From IMG/VR virus record IMGVR_UViG_3300010287_000001, positions 1 to 43,119 of that record: DNA of 43,119 nucleotides. One strand, written 5' to 3'. Below the pieces are notes generated by a model. It did not search any database. It was given only the letters and a program-made list of their open reading frames with translations, and was not told where the DNA came from. Shown here piece by piece: positions 1-6,417 of the stretch. Source of the stretch: a virus. The translations under genes and the position numbers were made by a program. Within the stretch, counting starts at the first letter, position 1. Every line of letters begins with the position of its first letter.

Positions 1-34
1 AGTAACTACCTGATTTTCGACTGAGAGCAAGAGA

Positions 35-70
35 AGAGGACCGGTCAATACCGGTCCTCTCTGGTCTTTT
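35..70. terminator. Stem-loop (10-bp stem AGAGGACCGG/CCGGTCCTCT, loop TCAATA) with a weak T-rich tail
   Basis: Perfect inverted repeat 35-44 / 51-60, followed by ctggtctttt on the plus strand and tctcttgctctc on the minus strand. Lies just downstream of the tRNA 3' end. Confidence 0.55.
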
Positions 71-74
71 GGTC

Positions 75-123
75 TGGTACGCCCGGAGGGACTTGAACCC
101 CCGACCTTCTGATCCGTAGTCAG
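75..123 (-). tRNA. 3' fragment of tRNA-Arg(ACG), anticodon stem to CCA; not an intact gene in this copy
   Basis: The reverse complement reads CTGA-CTACGGA-TCAGA-AGGTC-GGGGG-TTCAAGT-CCCTC-CGGGCGT-A-CCA. This gives an anticodon loop with ACG, a T arm GGGGG/CCCTC with loop TTCAAGT, an acceptor 3' strand and CCA. Sequence beyond 123 has no D arm and no ACGCCCG acceptor 5' strand. Confidence 0.8.
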
Positions 124-236
124 GTGCTTCGTTACCCAAAATCAATGCCCTGAGCTGGGATGTTGTTCTCAGAGTAACACAATTGCCAGTATTATGAAAC
201 GAGCTTGAGCGGGCATTTAGTCAGAAGTGGTCACAA

Positions 237-256
237 GTTTTGCCCAGTTTTGCCCA
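237..256. repeat. Tandem GTTTTGCCCA x2, candidate integrase arm-type site (P' arm)
   Basis: The 19-mer TTTGCCCAGTTTTGCCCAA (239-257) recurs exactly at 42979-42997, on the other side of the tRNA-containing core. Confidence 0.5.
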
Positions 257-444
257 ACTCGCGGATATGAGAGGACCCCGGCGCCGAACCGCCGGGGCCG
301 AGAGGAGGCACCGGGTGGCCTCATTGTACCACGCGACCGCGAACCTGGCGAGGATGATTTTGCCGTGAGCCGGCCGCACGGTTTGGCGCAGGCGAGGCGA
401 TCGGGCATGTCCTAGGGCATGGAGTATAGCCTGCGAGAAAACGG

Positions 445-463
445 CTCCTGGAGCCTCCTGGAG
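445..463. repeat. Tandem quasi-palindromic CTCCTGGAG x2 with 10-bp period
   Basis: The sequence reads ggCTCCTGGAGcCTCCTGGAGgcc, inside the 580-bp non-coding region. Confidence 0.6.
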
Positions 464-598
464 GCCTCTGGTGCGGTCCGAGCGTTGTAGCTGGGAGCTT
501 TGTGGGGCAATACCCTATACTATCGCTGGATAAACGATGTTGATAATTCAAGACATTGGCCAAGCTCGGCAGGAAAACCGAGGTATCAACACATAATC

Positions 599-628
599 GC
601 CCTAAATAGCCCTAAATCGTCCTATATC
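599..628. repeat. Three helically phased 10-bp units (GCCCTAAATA / GCCCTAAATC / GTCCTATATC)
   Basis: Direct tandem units lying immediately upstream of an extended -10 element. Confidence 0.6.
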
Positions 629-633
629 GGGTT

Positions 634-642
634 TGGTATAAT
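634..642 (+). promoter_or_regulatory. Extended -10 promoter element TGGTATAAT for the 707-2656 operon
   Basis: TGn + TATAAT consensus lies 65 nt upstream of the first ATG. No good -35 is present. Confidence 0.4.
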
Positions 643-706
643 AAGCGATGTCGGTTATACTAAGAGTGTAATAAACGACGGCGGAAATACGAGGGAGGCG
701 GCCAGG

Positions 707-1051
707 ATGACATTCGAGACGATCTCAATCGACCGGATTAGACCCTTCCACGAGGTTCGAGACTCCGAGAAGCTCGCCGCTCTGATCGCCAGCATGACGG
801 AGCGAGGCTGGGACGGCAGACCGCTAGTAGTCATCGACTGCGGCGACTACTACCAAGCGATCACCGGCAGCCACAGATGGGCAGCGGCTAATGAGGTTGG
901 CCTCGACGAGATCCCGATCGCCATCTGCGAGACTGGCACCCTCTGGGAGGACTACGACATGATAATCGACGACATCAGGGACCCAGAGAATTTCGTAGAC
1001 ATCCTATCCGAGTATGACCCCGAAGCAGCCGAGCTGCTCAAGCAGAACTAG
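707..1051 (+). CDS. Small ParB/Srx-like N-terminal domain protein (114 aa)
   Basis: ATG at 707 is preceded by GAGGGAGG. The sequence ISIDRIRPFHEV...PLVVIDCGDYYQAITGSHRWAAANEVGLDEIP matches the ParB N-domain pattern. Confidence 0.65.
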   Translation: MTFETISIDRIRPFHEVRDSEKLAALIASMTERGWDGRPLVVIDCGDYYQAITGSHRWAAANEVGLDEIPIAICETGTLWEDYDMIIDDIRDPENFVDILSEYDPEAAELLKQN

Positions 1052-1091
1052 AGAGAAAAGGGCATAACCGATAATCTGAGGAGGCGAGGAA

Positions 1092-1553
1092 ATGAACAGA
1101 GTCAACATTTATGATCGAGAGACGCAGAAATTGGTCGGATGGTTCGACATCGACGCAGCCGAGAAGTTCAGCGAGGATACATGGTTCGACGGGTCGAACC
1201 AGATCAGCAAGGCCACAGGCAGCCAGTGGGCGCACGAGGCCCTATACCGCACCAAGGGGGGCAGGTGGGTCTTGAACCGCTGGTCGCAGTGGCAGGGCTC
1301 CAGGGAGACCTGGGAGTTCATCAGCGAGACCGAGGCCAGGGAGTGGCTCCTCGCCCAGGGCCACGATGAGGCGGCCAAGCGCTACTTCGGCCCGATCGAG
1401 GAGGAGCGTGGTCCTGGCCGCCCCGAGATCGGCCCGGCGATCCAGGTCCGGTTGCCCGAGGACCTTCTGGCGGCGGTGGACGCCCGAGCCGACGCTGAGG
1501 GCGTGTCGAGGGCTGAGATGGTGCGGATGCTGCTGGCCGAGGCACTGGGGTAG
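1092..1553 (+). CDS. Hypothetical protein with a C-terminal ribbon-helix-helix (CopG-like) domain
   Basis: SD GAGGAGG precedes the start. The C-terminus IQVRLPEDLLAAVDARADAEGVSRAEMVRMLLAEAL fits the RHH pattern. Confidence 0.6.
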   Translation: MNRVNIYDRETQKLVGWFDIDAAEKFSEDTWFDGSNQISKATGSQWAHEALYRTKGGRWVLNRWSQWQGSRETWEFISETEAREWLLAQGHDEAAKRYFGPIEEERGPGRPEIGPAIQVRLPEDLLAAVDARADAEGVSRAEMVRMLLAEALG

Positions 1554-1632
1554 CAGACGCAGAGTGACAGGGCCTAGTGCCCTGGTAATGCGCAGCCCGG
1601 CCACAAGTCCGGGCCCCTGAGGAGGAGAGACA

Positions 1633-2172
1633 ATGGAGAATACTTTGAGAAGTTCACTCCCAGACCGCATGGGCGGTCGCACCTGTATAGTTTCAGAAAA
1701 CGCCTTGAGCATTGCTGAGGCTATGGCTCGCGAGGCGGCCTGCTATCACCCTATCCTGATTATGTGGAGAGATGCAGTCCTTTTCGATGGCTGCAATCTG
1801 ACCATCGACGAGTTTGCCGCCGCCACCGACAAGGCAACCCTCGACGCTTGCCGCCAGGAGGGATGGGCCATCGAACCGAACCCTGGAGGAACTATTGGAT
1901 CTGACAGCATCGATAATGGCATCAGGAACCATGTGAATCGGACGATGTATCGGCGATTGTTGGATTCTCGCCTTGACAGGGCGGTGTTTGAGTTGCTGTG
2001 TGCCATAGTCATGCACCGGCGCGGTTTGGGCGACCGTTCCTTGGGACTGGAGATCATAGAATTCCATTCCGCTGTTATCAATGCTCTATATACGCACATC
2101 AGAATCGATAGCAAGAGAGAGGGATCGACCAATGAACATAACCGAGATCGGCAAGCTGTTCTTCCCGGGTAG
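1633..2172 (+). CDS. Hypothetical protein (179 aa)
   Basis: ATG is preceded by GAGGAGGAG. No motif recognised. Confidence 0.5.
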   Translation: MENTLRSSLPDRMGGRTCIVSENALSIAEAMAREAACYHPILIMWRDAVLFDGCNLTIDEFAAATDKATLDACRQEGWAIEPNPGGTIGSDSIDNGIRNHVNRTMYRRLLDSRLDRAVFELLCAIVMHRRGLGDRSLGLEIIEFHSAVINALYTHIRIDSKREGSTNEHNRDRQAVLPG

Positions 2173-2656
2173 GACGCATTGGCGTGAGGGCGTGTGGTTT
2201 GACTACACAGCCATAGGCCCCGTGCTCGTGTTTGCCTTCAAAAACCCGTCTGACGAGGAAATCCTTGCTGCACGCAAGGGCAAGGTCGAGCTGGCACTAT
2301 ACGATGATCCTCCTGTTCTGTTCATCCTGCACCGTATCGAGGGTCTCGAGGATTGGTCGGACTGCCCCTTCTCGATCCGGATCTACGCCGAGCCTCCGCC
2401 GATGCCCGAGCAGGTGCCTGACGGCTCAGGCCTGGGTCTCTACATCGCACTGGTCGATGCGAACACTGGCATACTCCACGCGCAGAGGCTCGTGGGCACC
2501 TCGACCGAGTTCGCCAGGGAACTGCTCGCCGCGATCCACAGGCAGCTGGAGGCGCCGTTTTCTGAGGCAGCCTACCACGAACGAATCAACCACGTGTATC
2601 AGACTCAGACCACTGAACAGCTCTTGGAGAAAGCTGTTGCGAGACACAGGATATAG
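2132..2656 (+). CDS. Hypothetical protein (174 aa)
   Basis: The internal ATG at 2132 (MNITEIG) has SD GAGAGGGA. It overlaps the previous gene by 41 nt. Confidence 0.5.
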   Translation: MNITEIGKLFFPGRTHWREGVWFDYTAIGPVLVFAFKNPSDEEILAARKGKVELALYDDPPVLFILHRIEGLEDWSDCPFSIRIYAEPPPMPEQVPDGSGLGLYIALVDANTGILHAQRLVGTSTEFARELLAAIHRQLEAPFSEAAYHERINHVYQTQTTEQLLEKAVARHRI

Positions 2657-2666
2657 ATGTACATAG

Positions 2667-2693
2667 AAAAAAAGCCCGGCGCGATGCCGGGCT
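2667..2693. terminator. Bidirectional rho-independent terminator, strong on the minus strand
   Basis: A7 run + AGCCCGGC-gcgat-GCCGGGCT. On the minus strand the hairpin is followed by T7. It sits between convergent genes ending at 2656 (+) and 2703 (-). Confidence 0.8.
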
Positions 2694-2702
2694 CTTCACA
2701 TC

Positions 2703-3110
2703 TCATTCCTTCCCCCACCATTCCCAAAACCCCAGCCACTTCGGGATTGACACCGTCCACGGCGTCGAGAACTCCACGAACACCTGCGGAGCCTTTTCTG
2801 TCCTCACAGCCCCGCCGATGCTGACACACCAACCTCGCAGGAATAGCCAGTCCGGATACCAGTTGACCGACAGCTCGTAGCGACTCAGTGGCCTGGACAC
2901 CTTACTATACCTCGTCTGCATATCGAGGGTCAGGTATAGGTTGCTCGCCAGCTCGTAGTCGAGCGTCGAACCCGTCCGGATCTCGAGTACGCCCGCGTCG
3001 ACCATCACGCCGTAGTTGCGGGAGCCGGTGAGGTTGGCGGCCGACACCGAGGAGACACTAGCCATTAAAATGGCTACAAATAGGATACATGTTGCGGTCA
3101 AGCGTTTCAT
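2703..3110 (-). CDS. Secreted / envelope protein with a cleavable-type signal peptide, beta-rich, Trp-rich C-terminus
   Basis: N-terminus is MKRLTATCILFVAILMASVSSVSA|ANL. The start overlaps the upstream stop as ATGA. Confidence 0.6.
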   Translation of the reverse strand: MKRLTATCILFVAILMASVSSVSAANLTGSRNYGVMVDAGVLEIRTGSTLDYELASNLYLTLDMQTRYSKVSRPLSRYELSVNWYPDWLFLRGWCVSIGGAVRTEKAPQVFVEFSTPWTVSIPKWLGFWEWWGKE

Positions 3111-3454
3111 GCTTCAGCACCCCACCACTCCGCCCGCCTCTCTAAACTCCCGTCTGCTTCCGTCGCACAAGCCATCATCAATCGGCAGAACGCGTGGCCA
3201 AGGTGGTCGTCCTGTGTGTCGCCAGCGAAGGCCGCGAAGATGTGAGCCAGTGCGTGGTTCAGGTGATCCTCGCACGGGATCTTCCGCCAGTTGTCACGCC
3301 CGTAACGAGAGGCGCCATATTGAAGCACCTTGCCTAAGCGAATCATCGTCGGGGCGTCCAAGAGGTGGAATGCTGCCACAGCCTTGCTTTGCTTGCCACC
3401 CTGCTCGTTCTCGATTATTTCTGCGTCAGGACCTATGCCCTTGATCTCAGCCAT
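3107..3454 (-). CDS. DUF5664 / dATP-dGTP diphosphohydrolase N-domain-like protein
   Basis: GGKQSK..F.LLD...LGKVLQYGASRYGRDNWRKI...HLNHALAHI...GDTQDDHLGHAFCRLMMA matches that phage family pattern by eye. ATG at 3454 with a GGAGG SD is preferred over the ORF-track start. Confidence 0.6.
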   Translation of the reverse strand: MAEIKGIGPDAEIIENEQGGKQSKAVAAFHLLDAPTMIRLGKVLQYGASRYGRDNWRKIPCEDHLNHALAHIFAAFAGDTQDDHLGHAFCRLMMACATEADGSLERRAEWWGAEA

Positions 3455-3798
3455 TCCCTCGCCTCCATCCACAGAATCTTCAGCCATATGAAAGGCCAGA
3501 ACACCCATCCAGCTCTATCGTCGATGTATAGGTCAGCACTGATCTTGCGGCAGTCACCGCCATATTGCCGAATCCGCTCGGGTATGTTGTGATTGCAGGC
3601 GTCGAAACATATACCGTGCGACCACAGGAACCGCTTGGCGTGTCCCAGGGCTTGCCCTTCTCTACACGTCCATAGAATGAGGATATGGCTGCGCGATTGG
3701 AGCCACCGAAGCACAGGCTTTGCTGCGAAACGAAAAGGCCCGATGTCGGGCCAGCGGTTTTTGACTATCGTGCCGTCGAAGTCAACAGCGATTATCAC
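3433..3798 (-). CDS. HAD-superfamily phosphatase / nucleotidase-like protein
   Basis: N-terminal IIAVDFDGTIV (DxDGT motif I) and C-terminal YIDDR. GTG start with SD GGGGAGAGAGG. Confidence 0.6.
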   Translation of the reverse strand: MIIAVDFDGTIVKNRWPDIGPFRFAAKPVLRWLQSRSHILILWTCREGQALGHAKRFLWSHGICFDACNHNIPERIRQYGGDCRKISADLYIDDRAGWVFWPFIWLKILWMEAREWLRSRA

Positions 3799-3815
3799 CT
3801 TAAGCCTCTCTCCCC

Positions 3816-4934
3816 TTAATAGTCATGCTCGATCACCCTGTAATACGGAATGAACGTGTTGTCGCACCGTTCGATTGTGCCCTCTCGGTCAACTGTCACC
3901 TGGACGATCCAGCCGCCCATGTGCGCAGCAAGTCGCTTTCCCTTCATCCAGCTCGACTGCGCCTGGAACGTGCCCGCCTCGAACGCATGGACGTTGCGAT
4001 AGAACAGATACATCGCCTTGTGATGGTGCCCGTTGAGCAGGATGTTCGGCTTCGTGCCGCCCTGCATGGACTCGATGTATTTCTGCAGGCTATAGCTGAG
4101 GGCGTATGCGGCGCCGTCAAGCGGATGATTCAGCTCCAAGATGCAGTTAGGCGTAAGGTAAACACGAGCGTTGAGCTGACCGAGATACTCCATGTCCTCC
4201 CGGGCGATATGGATCGCTTTCCCGATGTCATGCCCCGAGTTTTGAATGTGCGTGGCGTCATGATTGCCCAGGATGAAACGGGTCCGGATGCCCTTGCGCC
4301 GAGGCCAGCGGTCAATAATGTATTGCTCCTCCTCGTCCGCTGAGTGGAGAAACCGCTCATGTATGTGGCCTGGCCTACGAGAGTATATGCCCTCTGAGAG
4401 GTCACCTGGCACATAGACCGTTGGAACGCTCTCCCGCTCGCAGATGTCATAGAAGTGGCTGAGGTGGGTTGCTTGTTGGTATTTGCTTCCCCAGTGCGTG
4501 TCCGAAGCGACACCGAAACGGATCACTCGCCGCCCGTCCCAATCGTCGGTGTGCTCGCTGGTGGTAGGCTCCACAGTCGTAACGAGGAGCAGGACGCCTC
4601 CGGCCTCGGTGATGGTGTATCCCTGATCGGAGAGGTCTTGAGCCACGGCCATGAGGACACGCCTGGAGACTCCAAGCGTGTCAGTCAGCTCGTCTAGTCC
4701 GATGCCCATGCGCCTGCGCTTGGTCAACAGAGAGATGAGGCGGTCAGGCAAGGGCCGCTGGTCGACTGTCTCTCGCGTCTCCTGCTTGCCGAGCTTTCGC
4801 CTATACCGATACAGCTTGCTGTTGATCTGGGTGTAGGTCAGCCCTGTGCGCTCCTGGATCTGATCATATGACAGGCCCTGATCCCTCAGGGCCTGTAACT
4901 GCTCGCCACTCCAGTTGTCCGATGCTCGTGCCAC
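3816..4934 (-). CDS. Metallophosphoesterase (calcineurin-like) with N-terminal HTH / winged-helix domains
   Basis: Motifs FGVASDTHWG, VPGDLSEG, ILGNHDATH and LLNGHHHKA. The N-terminal ~120 aa carry two HTH-like segments. Confidence 0.75.
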   Translation of the reverse strand: MARASDNWSGEQLQALRDQGLSYDQIQERTGLTYTQINSKLYRYRRKLGKQETRETVDQRPLPDRLISLLTKRRRMGIGLDELTDTLGVSRRVLMAVAQDLSDQGYTITEAGGVLLLVTTVEPTTSEHTDDWDGRRVIRFGVASDTHWGSKYQQATHLSHFYDICERESVPTVYVPGDLSEGIYSRRPGHIHERFLHSADEEEQYIIDRWPRRKGIRTRFILGNHDATHIQNSGHDIGKAIHIAREDMEYLGQLNARVYLTPNCILELNHPLDGAAYALSYSLQKYIESMQGGTKPNILLNGHHHKAMYLFYRNVHAFEAGTFQAQSSWMKGKRLAAHMGGWIVQVTVDREGTIERCDNTFIPYYRVIEHDY

Positions 4935-5013
4935 CTCGCCTCACCCTCTCCTGCGTCTGGATGCCGCCTGCCGGATATGCTGTTGGCTGTGGTCCATCTT
5001 CTTCACGTCTACG

Positions 5014-5022
5014 TCTATACCA
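5014..5022 (-). promoter_or_regulatory. Extended -10-like element TGGTATAGA upstream of the 4934-2703 operon
   Basis: The minus strand reads gtgTGGTATAGAcg. It lies 17 nt after the upstream stop and about 80 nt before the GTG at 4934. Confidence 0.3.
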
Positions 5023-5038
5023 CACACCGCCAGCAGGG

Positions 5039-5452
5039 TTAGGACGAGCTCTGCGAGTTTCCCGAGGAGACGACGCCCGCCTTCTTCAATGCCTCGAACT
5101 CACCGGACGCAGCGAATACGGCGATCAGCGCCTGCACAGCCGCAGCAAGAAGCGGCGTACCGCCCTGTGTAGCAGCGATAATCAGGCCTACTACGCCCAG
5201 CATCGCATTAACAAGCCAGATCAGACCAGAGTTGTTGAGCAGGGGCTCATCGCCAACCTTTATACTCTTTAGGAGCTGCAACAGCGCCATCTGGACGCCT
5301 GACCAAGCCAGGGTCACGCCGCCAAACGTGACCAACACCCCTTGCCACGGATCGTCCGCTTCGCCCTCAGCGGCCAGCACGACGAACGTCGCCAGCGACA
5401 ACAGAGCTGCCAAGACAACCAACACATAGACAATGCCACGATACTGTCTCAT
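5039..5452 (-). CDS. Multi-pass membrane protein, holin candidate
   Basis: Three to four hydrophobic spans. Lies directly downstream of the endolysin. SD GGGAGG. Confidence 0.5.
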   Translation of the reverse strand: MRQYRGIVYVLVVLAALLSLATFVVLAAEGEADDPWQGVLVTFGGVTLAWSGVQMALLQLLKSIKVGDEPLLNNSGLIWLVNAMLGVVGLIIAATQGGTPLLAAAVQALIAVFAASGEFEALKKAGVVSSGNSQSSS

Positions 5453-5497
5453 CTGTTTGACCTCCCGTACATGAAATAAGGCCCTTTGGCCTCACAC

Positions 5498-5911
5498 CTA
5501 ATAATCCTGTCCCGTCCTCATCATCCGCTCCAACCTCCGCCCTCTTTCACCCACCTGCCGATACCACCGACTGTTGACCATCTCGTCCGCAGCTGCCTCG
5601 TAGTCAGCTCGCTTCAATGCCTCGATCATCTTCCGGAACTTCGACAACCCTTGAACGCCGAGGTTAAACGCCATGTCGACAAGCACCTTTCTCCTGACCG
5701 GTCCTAACGCCCGGAACCAGTCGAACTGCTCCAATTGCGATGTAACCTCTGCGATGTCGTTGCGGAGGAGCATCATGGCCTCGTGGTGCGAGATCCCTTT
5801 GTCCTCCAGATTCCTGCCGACGCCGATCGTGAGCTTGCCCGCCGTGCAGCGGTATGGTCTCAGCCTCATCCCCTCATGGAGGATGAGCTGATCCTCGATC
5901 GAGTGCATCAT
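5498..5911 (-). CDS. Endolysin, T4-lysozyme-like (GH24) muramidase
   Basis: HEGMRLRPYRCTAGKLTIGVGRN fits the catalytic E-x8-(D/C)-x5-T signature. Start ATG 5911 overlaps the upstream stop (ATGA) and has SD GGAGGTGG. Confidence 0.85.
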   Translation of the reverse strand: MMHSIEDQLILHEGMRLRPYRCTAGKLTIGVGRNLEDKGISHHEAMMLLRNDIAEVTSQLEQFDWFRALGPVRRKVLVDMAFNLGVQGLSKFRKMIEALKRADYEAAADEMVNSRWYRQVGERGRRLERMMRTGQDY

Positions 5912-6132
5912 TGCCACCTCCGAGCGACAACACCAACGACCGCTGCCCATACGACCTGGAGGAAGGCGCCAACAGCCTCGATTCTGCTGACTCTGCTCTC
6001 GACCTTGTTGATGCGGCTGTGAACCGCCCCGAAGTCGTCGTTGGTGTCATCGACCAGCTTGTCCAGCTTGTATTCGATCCTGTCCAGTTGTTTGGCTATG
6101 AGATCCACTCGCCCGTTTTCCGTCACGTCCAC
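5908..6132 (-). CDS. XhlA-like lysis-associated membrane protein (coiled coil + C-terminal TM)
   Basis: 74 aa with an N-terminal heptad-like region and a C-terminal hydrophobic segment AVGAFLQVVWAAVVGVV. Sits at the head of the lysis cassette. Confidence 0.5.
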   Translation of the reverse strand: MDVTENGRVDLIAKQLDRIEYKLDKLVDDTNDDFGAVHSRINKVESRVSRIEAVGAFLQVVWAAVVGVVARRWQ

Positions 6133-6217
6133 CGCCCCCTGCCTGCGTCAATCAGTACACAACTAAGCCGCCCCGTGTGGAGCGGCTCTAGCACTTGTCT
6201 TGTTCTGTATCTATGAT

Positions 6218-6406
6218 TTAGTCAGCCCAACCCTCAGTGAGCGCAGCTTCTCTTCGGGTGACATCTCCCTGAGTGTGTTCAAATCTATCATCGTCCACAA
6301 CACTCTCCCAATCGTGATTGTGCTTGTCGGGTCGGTCTAAATCCAAACTAAGCTGCTGACTATGTGCAATCCCACCACCAAACGTGTGCACATGATTCGA
6401 ACGCAC
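6218..6406 (-). CDS. Hypothetical small acidic protein (62 aa)
   Basis: GTG start lies 6 nt after SD GAGGTGA. Follows the fibre paralogue with an 11-nt gap. Confidence 0.4.
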   Translation of the reverse strand: MRSNHVHTFGGGIAHSQQLSLDLDRPDKHNHDWESVVDDDRFEHTQGDVTRREAALTEGWAD

Positions 6407-6417
6407 GGCGCTTCACC

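Larger units (their letters stand above)
1..123. repeat. Left copy of the 123-bp terminal direct repeat (att core / identity block)
   Basis: Identical base for base to 42997-43119. Contains a tRNA 3' fragment (75-123) and a hairpin (35-60). Confidence 0.95.

Noticed and set aside
75-160. A complete tRNA gene at the left end.
   Set aside because: Only the anticodon stem to CCA (49 nt) is tRNA-like. Upstream sequence gives a C-A mismatch in the anticodon stem, and there is no D arm and no acceptor 5' strand (ACGCCCG absent).
217-563. ORFs 227-415 (+), 217-408 (-) and 321-563 (-) in the att-proximal region.
   Set aside because: Their products are Arg/Pro/Gly-rich with no SD, and they mutually overlap on both strands in a GC-rich structured stretch. 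I treated this region as non-coding.
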